A stretch of 64,000 nt of DNA, from contig JBDRJK010000011.1 of assembly GCA_043814985.1 (NCBI GenBank), forward strand, positions 26,778-90,777, in the 5' to 3' direction. The notes under the pieces were generated by a model that had not been told where the DNA came from, did not search any database, and worked only from the letters and a program-made list of their open reading frames with translations. Positions 28,044-37,273 of the stretch are shown one piece after another (the stretch's first letter is position 1; each line of letters opens with the position of its first letter). The stretch comes from Candidatus Aenigmatarchaeota archaeon. Its GTDB lineage: Archaea; Aenigmatarchaeota; Aenigmatarchaeia; Aenigmatarchaeales; Aenigmatarchaeaceae. Both the position numbers and the translations under genes were made by a program.

Positions 28044-29174
28044 TTATCTTCTGCTTTGAATAGAGAGTATGTCTCCGTTCTTCAGCTCATAGTCGGCAGA
28101 GACTCTTTTCTTTGTCCTAGCATCGATTGCTCCAATGAACTTATCACCGATGTCCGTATGGACCTTGTACGCCATGTCCAAGGCAGTTGACCCCTTGGGT
28201 AAGAGAAACACGTCTGGAAGAACATTGCCCTTCTTGTCAGACATTTTGGATTCGTTCTCAACAGGAAAAACAGCAATGTAATTAAGGAATTCAAAGACAG
28301 CCTTGTTCAGGCAGTCCTGGACACCGGTTGAACCATACTTGTCAAGAACAACCTTCCTTATCAGCTCAAGGCCCTTTTTCTGGTTCTCGTTCAGCTCCTT
28401 TTTTATTTCAAATGTCTTGCTTCCAGGGACATAGTCAATGAAACTTACCTTGGATGCAGTCCTCAGAGTTATCTCTGCCTCAGCAGAGCAGGGAACAATG
28501 GTCAGCTCAGGAAAATCACCCTTCATCCTTTCCAGATTGTCATGAGAGCTCGGCAAGTCAATTTTGTTGGCAGCTATAAGAATCTGTTTTGAAAGCTTTC
28601 TCAGCTCCCTTGCCAAACCCAAGGGTTCCAGCCCAGCCTCGTTAAGAGCAGTTTCAATGTGATCGGGCTTGATTCCCAGACCAGACAAGATATCAGATGC
28701 CTTCTCCTTGTCCCTTATCTTGGCAAGGTTCCTCTTGATGACTGAAGCAAACCAGAGCTCAATCTCATTCTCCAGGAACTTCACGTCTTCAGAGGGATTG
28801 TGCTTGTCTGTTGCATTGCCCTCAGCATCTGTTTTCCCAGACGCGTCGACAATATGTATCAGCATATCTGTCTGTATGATGTCAGTCAAGAACCTGTTAC
28901 CCAAGCCTTTCCCCTCGTGGGCTCCTGGAATCAAACCAGCAACATCCCACAGCTTTACAGGTATCATCCTTGTCCCGTTAACGCACTGGGAGTTCTTGGG
29001 GCTGCACTTCAAGCCCAGTTCCTTGCAAGGACAGTCTGTAGTAACATAGGCAACACCAACATTGGGTTTGATCGTGGTGAACGGCCTTGAGGATATTGGG
29101 ACGTCAATCATGGTCGAAGACTTGAAAAAACTCGACTTACCGGAAGATGGTTTACCGCAGATAGCAATTTCCAT
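28044..29174 (-). CDS. ychF: Obg-family translation-associated NTPase YchF
   Basis: GKPSSGKS, PFTTIKPNVG, DVAGL, NKID, C-terminal TGS. Confidence 0.93.
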   Translation of the reverse strand: MEIAICGKPSSGKSSFFKSSTMIDVPISSRPFTTIKPNVGVAYVTTDCPCKELGLKCSPKNSQCVNGTRMIPVKLWDVAGLIPGAHEGKGLGNRFLTDIIQTDMLIHIVDASGKTDAEGNATDKHNPSEDVKFLENEIELWFASVIKRNLAKIRDKEKASDILSGLGIKPDHIETALNEAGLEPLGLARELRKLSKQILIAANKIDLPSSHDNLERMKGDFPELTIVPCSAEAEITLRTASKVSFIDYVPGSKTFEIKKELNENQKKGLELIRKVVLDKYGSTGVQDCLNKAVFEFLNYIAVFPVENESKMSDKKGNVLPDVFLLPKGSTALDMAYKVHTDIGDKFIGAIDARTKKRVSADYELKNGDILSIQSRR

Positions 29175-29246
29175 GTTTTATCACAAATTTTTACTATGCT
29201 TAACAATACAAAATAATTTATATTAAGGTTTGATTAATATATCCTT

Positions 29247-29750
29247 ATGCAAACCCCTTTGTGCCATGATTGTTTGACATCTAAAAACTTGTGCGATACA
29301 TGTCACTCAAAGCTAGAAAACAACGAGCTGACTGAAAAGGAAATCAGTGTTCTGAGATTCATCTACAACCTGAGCACCAAGACGATGAGCTTGCAGGACA
29401 TCAAGATTGTAAAGGTAATTGACAGAGGAGTCCTTCTCATAATAACAGGAAGAGGGAATGCAGCAAGACTGGTTGGCAAGGGAGGCGCTGTTGTCAAGCT
29501 TATAGCAAAAAAATTCAAGAAGTCAATAAGAATCCTGGAAGAGGCCTCCAACATCAAGGACTTCGTGGAGGAACTGGTCACGCCAGCCAAGGTCAACGGC
29601 ATAAACACCCTGTACAGGGACAACGAGGAGATATTCAGGGTGAGAGTCCCTGAGATACAGAAGAACCATTTGTTACTTTCTCAGGAAGACTTTTCCAGTG
29701 TTATTTCAAGCTTCTACGACAAGAAGGTCGAGCTTGTTTTCGACATCTAA
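29247..29750 (+). CDS. Zn-finger + KH (NusA-like) protein
   Basis: PLCHDC..LCDTC; RLVGKGGAVV KH loop. Confidence 0.75.
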   Translation: MQTPLCHDCLTSKNLCDTCHSKLENNELTEKEISVLRFIYNLSTKTMSLQDIKIVKVIDRGVLLIITGRGNAARLVGKGGAVVKLIAKKFKKSIRILEEASNIKDFVEELVTPAKVNGINTLYRDNEEIFRVRVPEIQKNHLLLSQEDFSSVISSFYDKKVELVFDI

Positions 29751-30367
29751 ATCAATTTTATCTTCTTTGCAATCTTCTTGATTGGCAGGATTAGTACTAT
29801 CGATCCGATTAGGAATCCGTTTATCGAGCCTGATAATATATCGAAGGGATAGTGAACCCCGATGTAGATTCTGCTAATGCCGACCAGCAAGGCCAATGCG
29901 AAGAACAGTTTGCTGAACTTCTTGTAGAACGAGCCAAGTACCACTGCTCCCGAGAACGCCCTTTGAGTATGGCCAGAGGGGAAGCTGGGGCCAAGGTCCA
30001 TCTCAAGGCTGAGAAAATTCAGGTCCGAAAGGTTCTCAAACGGCCTGGGCCTGGAAATTAGGAACTTGAGGAAAAACAGGGACACTGTGTCTATTATGAA
30101 GGCAAGGACAAGGTAGATTGATGCCTTCCTCTTGCCCCTCATCCAGAGCAGCATTACTGCCACTATCCAGAAGACTGACGAGCCCAGATAAGTTATAAAC
30201 ACAAAGAAGGGATCTAGCAAAGGGTTTGATATTGAGTTTACAGCGAGAAAAAGCTGTTGGTCGAACGCCATTATCTGGTCCAAGAACAGTAAGGAGACCG
30301 CGTAAATCGTAACACCAATAAGTATTTTCCTTTTCAATTCCATAAAAGTATTTAGATATAAAGGCAA
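29747..30367 (-). CDS. PAP2-family membrane phosphatase
   Basis: K..ISRPRP, SFPSGH, SRIYIGVHYPFD. Confidence 0.92.
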   Translation of the reverse strand: MPLYLNTFMELKRKILIGVTIYAVSLLFLDQIMAFDQQLFLAVNSISNPLLDPFFVFITYLGSSVFWIVAVMLLWMRGKRKASIYLVLAFIIDTVSLFFLKFLISRPRPFENLSDLNFLSLEMDLGPSFPSGHTQRAFSGAVVLGSFYKKFSKLFFALALLVGISRIYIGVHYPFDILSGSINGFLIGSIVLILPIKKIAKKIKLI

Positions 30368-30381
30368 TATATAATGATTTT

Positions 30382-30648
30382 ATGAGGAAGATAGTAACTC
30401 TGATGGTGCTGGCGTTTATAGTTTTTTCAATAGCAACAGCACTACTTCTTTTTGAAATAATATTCGGAGGAGGGTTAGAGGATTACAGCGTCATAATATG
30501 GAACTTTGCAATTTCCATTGTTTTGGTCATTATTGCGATAACCATTATCAGGTACAGGCATGACAAGAAGAAAAGGGGAAAGAAAGAGAAAAAGGAAGTT
30601 GTATATTATGAGGCAGAAGGCGATGACTACAGAACAGAGTATTATTAA
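30382..30648 (+). CDS. Small 2-TM membrane protein
   Basis: Two TM segments and a charged tail. Confidence 0.6.
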   Translation: MRKIVTLMVLAFIVFSIATALLLFEIIFGGGLEDYSVIIWNFAISIVLVIIAITIIRYRHDKKKRGKKEKKEVVYYEAEGDDYRTEYY

Positions 30649-30670
30649 ATTTTAAAACTTAATTCTAATT

Positions 30671-31480
30671 ATGCCGACAAATGTTACTATTGGTTATGCC
30701 AAGGCCCAGGCGAGGTACCTTAGCGCAAAGACCAAGGAAGAGAAGATTGCTGCTCTAGAAGATATGATAAGCGAGGCGCCTTCCCACAAGGGCGGGGAGA
30801 ACCTTAGGAAGCAGCTGAAGCAGAGGCTGGCAAAGATGAAGCAGCAAAAGGAGGCCAGCACCTCGAGAAATAGTTTCAACATTCCCAAGAAAGGCGATGC
30901 CCAAGTCTGCATTCTAGGCATGACGCAAACAGGCAAATCAACCATATTGACTATACTGACCAATGCCAGACCGAAAATATCTCCACACAAGTTTACAACA
31001 GAAAAGCCCCAGATAGGGACAGTGGATTATCAAGGCGTTAAGATACAGATGATAGAGATACCATCCACATTCAAACCAATGTTCATGAGCATAGTGCACA
31101 GCTCTGACGCATTGGTTCTGGTTTACAGGAACAAGGATGATTTAGAAAAGATAAAGGACATAATGTCCAAGTTCAGAATCAGAAAGAAATACATAGCAAT
31201 AAGCAGGGACGAGGAACCCGAGAAGATAAAGGAAAAGCTATGGGGCATTCTTGGTCTGATAAAGATATTCTGCAAGGAGCCTGGCCAGAAGCCAGAGAAA
31301 ACCCCAATGGTTCTGAAAGAAGGCTCGACTGTGGAGGATGCTGCAAGTGACCTTCACAAGGACTTTTCAAAATATTTCAAGTTCGCAAGGGTGTGGGGTT
31401 CCTCAAAGTTTCCAGGTGAAAAGGTCGGTCCGGAATACAAGCTGGAGGACGGAGACGTGCTGGAAGTCCACATAACTTAA
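30671..31480 (+). CDS. Compact DRG/Obg-family GTPase with TGS domain
   Basis: MPTNV...APSHKGGENLR, GMTQTGKST, FTT, FARVWGSSKFPG..VG. Confidence 0.85.
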   Translation: MPTNVTIGYAKAQARYLSAKTKEEKIAALEDMISEAPSHKGGENLRKQLKQRLAKMKQQKEASTSRNSFNIPKKGDAQVCILGMTQTGKSTILTILTNARPKISPHKFTTEKPQIGTVDYQGVKIQMIEIPSTFKPMFMSIVHSSDALVLVYRNKDDLEKIKDIMSKFRIRKKYIAISRDEEPEKIKEKLWGILGLIKIFCKEPGQKPEKTPMVLKEGSTVEDAASDLHKDFSKYFKFARVWGSSKFPGEKVGPEYKLEDGDVLEVHIT

Positions 31481-32184
31481 GAAAATTTCAATCCCTTCAA
31501 ATCATTATATAATTCTAAAAATGATTTTCTCATTTGATTTGTTTTCTGTTCATTGGTTTCAATTCCATATACCATCTTGAAAAGCCTTTCAAAGTTCCTT
31601 GGTTTCTTCTTTAATTCAAGAATCTCGTTAAAGAGATTGTCTTCACTTGAGGGTCTTGTGTCGTTTAGTATAAACAATGCATGAGACATACTGTTCCATT
31701 CCCTCATTAAGAACATGTTCTTTTCTAAATTGCTTGGAGGTGTATTTTTCAATTTGTCAGCATACAATTGTGACTCTTCAATGTAGGTTTTAAAGGCCTC
31801 TTTTTTCTTTTGTTTTGGGACTGATATTATATAATTCTTCAATTTTTCAAGGATTTTACCAGGATCGTATAAAGCAAGGGCATTCATGACCAATCCTGAA
31901 GCCAACCAACAACCAACTTCAAAATTGATTTCGGAAACCAATCCTTTTTCTGTGTTGTAATTAAAGTCTATTATAATCCCACTGATTTTTTCATGCCTTA
32001 TGTTAAAAATATCTAGATTTTCAGGAATTTTCTTAACGATTATCAATAAATCTATGTCCGAACCCTCTCTTAACCTGTCAGTCGCTAGAGAGCCGTACGC
32101 AAGAACGGCAATTAAATTCGAATCCTCCTTTAGCTTACTAGTGGCATCATTCGCTATTTTGAGATACTTTTCTCTTAATTTCAT
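31477..32184 (-). CDS. Nucleotidyltransferase-domain protein (MNT plus helical C-terminal domain)
   Basis: AYGSLA...GSDIDLLII; LYDPGK; AT-rich. Confidence 0.75.
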   Translation of the reverse strand: MKLREKYLKIANDATSKLKEDSNLIAVLAYGSLATDRLREGSDIDLLIIVKKIPENLDIFNIRHEKISGIIIDFNYNTEKGLVSEINFEVGCWLASGLVMNALALYDPGKILEKLKNYIISVPKQKKKEAFKTYIEESQLYADKLKNTPPSNLEKNMFLMREWNSMSHALFILNDTRPSSEDNLFNEILELKKKPRNFERLFKMVYGIETNEQKTNQMRKSFLELYNDLKGLKFS

Positions 32185-32241
32185 ACAACCAATTAATCAT
32201 TTTTTGGGCGTTTATAAATATTTATCAGAACAAATAGTAGT

Positions 32242-32613
32242 ATGGAGATTTCTAAGAGGAATATGCCTTTGCCTGACAACTGGTATTCTGCAATAGAAAA
32301 GAGCAAGGAGAAGGCAAGGAAGCTGCTAAACCAGGTAATTGCAGTTGATTTGAACACTTCGATAGTTGTCGGCAGGCTGGAGGATGTCTCGCTGGACAAG
32401 CTTTTCAGGATACAGTACCCGTTCTGCAAGTTAACACTGAGCATGTCAAAGAAGTACAGGATCGACGAAAAGCTGGACAAGTCTTCTGCCGGCGACCAGA
32501 TAGCGTTCGTGAACAAGCCGCGGATGATAATGGACATGACTGAATTATCAACAAAGTTCCCGAGGATACATGAGGACACCCATGTTGACATAAAGAGAGG
32601 AAGGTTTGGATAA
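32242..32613 (+). CDS. Hypothetical protein
   Basis: ORF with backbone-like codon usage and an upstream TATA. Confidence 0.6.
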   Translation: MEISKRNMPLPDNWYSAIEKSKEKARKLLNQVIAVDLNTSIVVGRLEDVSLDKLFRIQYPFCKLTLSMSKKYRIDEKLDKSSAGDQIAFVNKPRMIMDMTELSTKFPRIHEDTHVDIKRGRFG

Positions 32614-32804
32614 TGGCTTTGAAACAGATTGAATCAAGAGAGGACAGGAGCGAGGACAGAGCCCCGTGCCCAAGATGCGGCGAAAAGGCACTGATAATAG
32701 ATGGCAGATTCATCAGGTGGCTCACATGCCCGAGCTGCAAGTTCAAGAAGCTTATAGAGAAACAGGACGAGAGTACAAGGGTAAGGGTAGTATCTCTTAA
32801 GTAA
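32613..32804 (+). CDS. Small Zn-ribbon protein
   Basis: CPRCG...CPSCK. Confidence 0.65.
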   Translation: MALKQIESREDRSEDRAPCPRCGEKALIIDGRFIRWLTCPSCKFKKLIEKQDESTRVRVVSLK

Positions 32805-32836
32805 TTATTTTAAATGACACTCGTCATAATTCTATT

Positions 32837-34198
32837 ATGTTAAACAATTATTCTCCAAAAATAAGGAATGTTCTGAAAAAGGGTAAGATAAAGGTTGGAG
32901 ACAGGATTTCTGTTACAAAAGGTAAGAAGACTTATGAGGGCCTGTTGATGCCTAGAGCCGAGATAGGAGATTTGAATTCTATTGTAATTAAATTGGATAA
33001 TGGTTACAACATAGGCATAAGGTTTGAGAAAGGAACAAAAGTTAATAAGAGCAAGAAGAGAGAGCCCAGGAAAATCAAGGATGAGATGAAGTTCGAGATG
33101 GGTAAGGAGAAGTTCAAGAAACTGAAATTCGATCCTAAGAAGCCTAAAGTAGCTCTTATAATGACTGGTGGAACTATTGCTTCTAGAGTTGATTACAAGA
33201 CAGGCGGTGTCAGAGCCTTGGAAAAGCCAGAGGAGCTTGTGGCCAATGTTCCTGAACTGAAGGATATAATCTACATAAAGGATGTTTCCACTCCCTTTAG
33301 GAAGATGTCTGAGGACTTGGGTCCAAAGGACTGGCAGAAGTTGGCAAAGGTAGTAGCAAGAGAATTGAATAAAAACAGGGGAGTGATAATTGCTCATGGA
33401 ACAGACACTATGCATTATACTGCTGCTGCCTTGTCTTTCATGCTGAAGAACGTCTCCAAGCCAGTTGTTTTAGTTGGTTCACAGAGGTCTTCTGACAGAG
33501 GAAGTTCTGATTCTTCAATGAACCTTATCTGCGCTGCCCATGTTGCCATATCAGACATCGGGGAAGTTGGAATATGCATGCACGGCTCAACAGACGACCA
33601 TTACTGCTATTTCACAAGAGGAGTAAGTGCACGAAAACTTCATAGTACCAGAAGAGATGCTTTTAAGTCAGTTAACGAGCCGCCCCTGGCAAAAGTCTTT
33701 CCAAGCGGCAAGATTTCAATTATTAACAAGAATCATAAGAAAAGGGGTGATAAGAAAGTAATAGCTGATGTCAAGTTCGAGCCCAAGGTTGCTTTACTGA
33801 AAGTTTATCCAGGAAGCGATCCAGAGATTATGGAATTTTTGCTCAAGAAAGGCTACAAGGGATTTGTCATTGAGGGAACTGGAATGGGACATGTTCCTAC
33901 ATCAGCTGAAAAGTCCTGGATACCTACCATTAAGAAATTGACAAAGAAGGGCATACCAGTTGTCATCACAACGCAGACAATATACGGCAGGGTCAATCCT
34001 GATGTTTACACGAACCTGAGAATCCTGTTCCACGAGGCAGGGGCGATTCCTGCGGAAGATATGCTTAGTGAAGTTGCATACATAAAACTTGGTTGGTTGC
34101 TAGCACATTATAAGAATATAAACGATGTAAGGAAAATGATGTTAACCAACATGGTGGGAGAAATAAGAGACAGGTCTACTATTGATTCCTTCTTTTAG
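32837..34198 (+). CDS. gatD: Glutamyl-tRNA(Gln) amidotransferase subunit D
   Basis: KLDNGYNIG, TGGTIASRVDY, HGTDTM, GSQRSSDRGSSD. Confidence 0.97.
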   Translation: MLNNYSPKIRNVLKKGKIKVGDRISVTKGKKTYEGLLMPRAEIGDLNSIVIKLDNGYNIGIRFEKGTKVNKSKKREPRKIKDEMKFEMGKEKFKKLKFDPKKPKVALIMTGGTIASRVDYKTGGVRALEKPEELVANVPELKDIIYIKDVSTPFRKMSEDLGPKDWQKLAKVVARELNKNRGVIIAHGTDTMHYTAAALSFMLKNVSKPVVLVGSQRSSDRGSSDSSMNLICAAHVAISDIGEVGICMHGSTDDHYCYFTRGVSARKLHSTRRDAFKSVNEPPLAKVFPSGKISIINKNHKKRGDKKVIADVKFEPKVALLKVYPGSDPEIMEFLLKKGYKGFVIEGTGMGHVPTSAEKSWIPTIKKLTKKGIPVVITTQTIYGRVNPDVYTNLRILFHEAGAIPAEDMLSEVAYIKLGWLLAHYKNINDVRKMMLTNMVGEIRDRSTIDSFF

Positions 34199-35390
34199 CA
34201 GAGAAGATGGAATCCCGGTTTTTAATGAAAATTTTTACTGAATTCATATCCTTATTAATATTTTCCCTCCCTTCATTATTGACTTTCTTGTATTGTAGAA
34301 TTTTATTTAAGAGTGCCAATTTTTTATACGGGTTTAATTCAAAGATGTCATTTTTGTATAGCTTCAGAAAACCATCTAGATTCGTTATTATAATTCTAGG
34401 AGGAGATGTTGATGTGGCCTTTGAAGGGGACGACTTTATATCTAAAAGATTTAGGCATTGGTTTGCCACAGCTAATTCATTATTGTTAACTGAAGCGAAT
34501 TGAACTGCTCTATCATAACTTCCTACGTAAGCCTCTCCGGCTAAATAACCTTTGAGATAGTATACTGCTAACTTTCTGTTGCCAATTACTTTCTCTTTAA
34601 CATGCTCCAATAGTTTTAATATGACTCTTCTAAAGATGGTGTTATTGTAATAGATATCTGTAGAACCCCATGGAACATTTTTCCTCATCTTGCCCTTTGT
34701 ATTTTTAGTATAGTGTGGCGAACTAGATTGCTCATTATTGGGACTTAATTTTGTAGTTTTTAGCCAAAACTCTCTAGATGCCTTTTCATCAGATTCTGTA
34801 TACTTTCTCTTAAGTTTTCCATTGAAGATTATTCTCCATTTCAGTTTTTCAGGGCTTATTTTAAAGAATTTGAAAAAATCTAAAATCCTTTGTATCATAA
34901 CAGGTTCGCTGTTAACAAATTCTAAGCTCTTTGGATTAGTCTTTGTCGCTTCAGCCACTAACAGACCGCAAGAAGACACAATTAACTCATTTAAGGGTAT
35001 TTCTTTAGGGATAAACATGTAATGATTTTTATAGCCTTTGTTGTAGTGTGAAGTACTGTACCAAAGATATGAATAATTTTCTGGTACAACTTTTTTGATT
35101 TCTATCCTTTTTACCAGCCTCCATTTATCTGAGAATCTGAATGATTTATTGATTTTTCTTCCTTCCGTTCTTTTGACAATTTTCTTATTTTCAAGATTTG
35201 ATAGGACTTTTCTTACTGTCCTCTTTTTATAGTTTGAGGACTTGTATATTTCTTTTGTTGTTTTGGAACCATCTTGCAACAAGTCCGTGACCCTCAAATC
35301 CAAAGGCATTTTGTCTATAATTTTTTCTCCACTATTCGAGACTTTAATTTTACTGTCATTTTTTACCAATTCCTTTGTTAGAATTTTCAT
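34179..35390 (-). CDS. Free-standing wHTH + LAGLIDADG endonuclease-like protein
   Basis: N-terminal KTTKEIY...RTVRKVLSNLE wHTH; SCGLLVAEA and YLKGYLAGEA motifs; EFVNSEP; AT-rich. Confidence 0.75.
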   Translation of the reverse strand: MKILTKELVKNDSKIKVSNSGEKIIDKMPLDLRVTDLLQDGSKTTKEIYKSSNYKKRTVRKVLSNLENKKIVKRTEGRKINKSFRFSDKWRLVKRIEIKKVVPENYSYLWYSTSHYNKGYKNHYMFIPKEIPLNELIVSSCGLLVAEATKTNPKSLEFVNSEPVMIQRILDFFKFFKISPEKLKWRIIFNGKLKRKYTESDEKASREFWLKTTKLSPNNEQSSSPHYTKNTKGKMRKNVPWGSTDIYYNNTIFRRVILKLLEHVKEKVIGNRKLAVYYLKGYLAGEAYVGSYDRAVQFASVNNNELAVANQCLNLLDIKSSPSKATSTSPPRIIITNLDGFLKLYKNDIFELNPYKKLALLNKILQYKKVNNEGRENINKDMNSVKIFIKNRDSIFSAKRRNQ

Positions 35391-35467
35391 ATATCTTAGT
35401 TCCTCTATCTATATTTAAAAAGTTTTGTACAACTTATATAAGTGCTAAAAAAATGTTAATTGGTATT

Positions 35468-35515
35468 ATGATAGATATTACAAAGAGGACAGAGATAGAG
35501 ACTTTTATGGTGTAG
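35468..35515 (+). pseudogene. Possible displaced gatD 3' remnant (MIDITKRTEIETFMV*)
   Basis: Aligns with the current GatD end EIRDRSTIDSFF*. Confidence 0.5.
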
Positions 35516-35518
35516 AAA

Positions 35519-35830
35519 ATGGTAGAAATGACAAAACAAGAAGAATTTTTAAATTTAATAGAGAAAATTGACGGAAAGAATCCAAGATTGTTTTTGGAAC
35601 TGTTTATGAAAAAATATAATCATGAAATAACTGATTATTGTTATGTGACAAGTTGCGAGCACAATCATATTGAAGGTACTTCCCACAAAGCTTTCTTTTA
35701 TGAGATATTGGACGGTTCCCAATTGTGGGTAAAGGATTCCATAGGTAAGATAGTCACCATATCTTACAATAATTACAGAAAAGATGTCATGGAAGTCTGG
35801 AGGGAGCGTCAAAAAAGGAGGAATGGCTAG
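35519..35830 (+). CDS. Hypothetical protein
   Basis: ORF abutting the gatE start. Confidence 0.55.
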   Translation: MVEMTKQEEFLNLIEKIDGKNPRLFLELFMKKYNHEITDYCYVTSCEHNHIEGTSHKAFFYEILDGSQLWVKDSIGKIVTISYNNYRKDVMEVWRERQKRRNG

Positions 35831-37273
35831 ATGACCGATTACAAAAAGATAGGTTTCAAATGTGGAATAGAAATTCATAATCGTCTAGACACGAAAACAA
35901 AACTGTTCTGCAACTGCAAACCAAGATTCTCTGAATCAAAACCAATCTCATTAATCAAGAGAAAACTCAGGGCAGTGGCAGGAGAAACTGGACAAGTGGA
36001 TGTTGCTGCATTATATGAATATCTGAGAGATAGGACATTCTTCTACCAGTGCTATCCTGATGAAACATGTTTGATATGCATAGACGAGGAGCCTCCAAAG
36101 TCTGTAAACAAGGAAGCATTGAATGTTTCGTTGCAGGTAGCAAAGCTTTTGAAAGCGGAAATACCAGATGAAATCCATATAATGAGGAAAACTGTTATTG
36201 ATGGTTCTAACACCTGCGCCTTCCAGAGAACAGCAATCGTAGGTATGAACGGAGTCTTGAAGACATCACAAGGAGACGTTGGAATAACTAATATTTCTTT
36301 GGAGGAAGAATCAGCAGGCAAAGTAAAAAAAGAAGGCAATGAACTAACCTACAGATTAGACAGATTGGGCATTCCTCTTGTTGAAATGGGGACAGCACCT
36401 GACATAAAGAGTCCTGAGCATGCAAAAGAAGTTGCTGAGAAGCTGGGAATGATGATAAGGTCAACAGGCAAGAGCCAGAGAGGTATTGGTGTTACAAGAC
36501 AGGACGTCAATGTTTCAATCAAAGGTGGAGCAAGAGTCGAGATAAAGGGAGTTCAAGAATTGGACATGATACCCCAGCTGATTAATAATGAAATCAAGAG
36601 GCAGCAGGAAATGATAAAGAAAGGAAAGAAACCCAAAGAAGAAACCAGAATAGCAAAAGCAGATGGGACAACCGAATTCACAAGGCCCCTGCCAGGAGGA
36701 GAACGATTATACCCGGAGACTGATCTGGAGAGCATTGTAATTACAAAGCCATTCCTTTCAAAGATAAAGGTTCCTGAGACATGGGACCAGAAGGCAAAAA
36801 GATTCAAGAACAAATTGCCAAAAGAAATGGTTGATCAAATACTAAGAAGCGAATACTTGGATTTGTTTGAAAAGTTTTCCAAAACTTACAATCCTGTTTT
36901 GGTTGCCAATACATTCACATCAACTGTAAAGGACTTGAGTCGCCAAGGTCTTGAGACAGAATTTACTGAAGAACAGTTTGATAATATTTTCTCTTCTGTT
37001 AAGAACAAAACAATTTCAAAGGAAGCTATACCTAACATTCTGGAAATAGTTGCCAGGGAAAAAACTTCTGTTGAGCAGGCAATAAAGAAGAGCGGCCTCA
37101 AGGGCATGTCAGAGGATGATTTGAGAAAGATAGTGAAGAAAGTAATTGAAAAACACCCTAACCTAGTCGAGCAAAAAAGAATCCCCCCTCTAATGGGAAT
37201 AGTAATGAAGGAAGTCAGGGGAAGGATATCTGGCAAGACAGTTGCTAAAATTCTGAACGAAGAATTAAAGTAA
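35831..37273 (+). CDS. gatE: Glutamyl-tRNA(Gln) amidotransferase subunit E (short form)
   Basis: GFKCGIEIH, MRKTVIDGSNTCAFQRT, LDRLGIPLVE, RPLPGGERLYPETD; no AspRS-like insertion. Confidence 0.95.
   Translation: MTDYKKIGFKCGIEIHNRLDTKTKLFCNCKPRFSESKPISLIKRKLRAVAGETGQVDVAALYEYLRDRTFFYQCYPDETCLICIDEEPPKSVNKEALNVSLQVAKLLKAEIPDEIHIMRKTVIDGSNTCAFQRTAIVGMNGVLKTSQGDVGITNISLEEESAGKVKKEGNELTYRLDRLGIPLVEMGTAPDIKSPEHAKEVAEKLGMMIRSTGKSQRGIGVTRQDVNVSIKGGARVEIKGVQELDMIPQLINNEIKRQQEMIKKGKKPKEETRIAKADGTTEFTRPLPGGERLYPETDLESIVITKPFLSKIKVPETWDQKAKRFKNKLPKEMVDQILRSEYLDLFEKFSKTYNPVLVANTFTSTVKDLSRQGLETEFTEEQFDNIFSSVKNKTISKEAIPNILEIVAREKTSVEQAIKKSGLKGMSEDDLRKIVKKVIEKHPNLVEQKRIPPLMGIVMKEVRGRISGKTVAKILNEELK

Noticed and set aside
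35831..37273. Short GatE as a pseudogene
   Set aside because: The frame is intact and the catalytic and tail regions are present; only the insertion domain is missing
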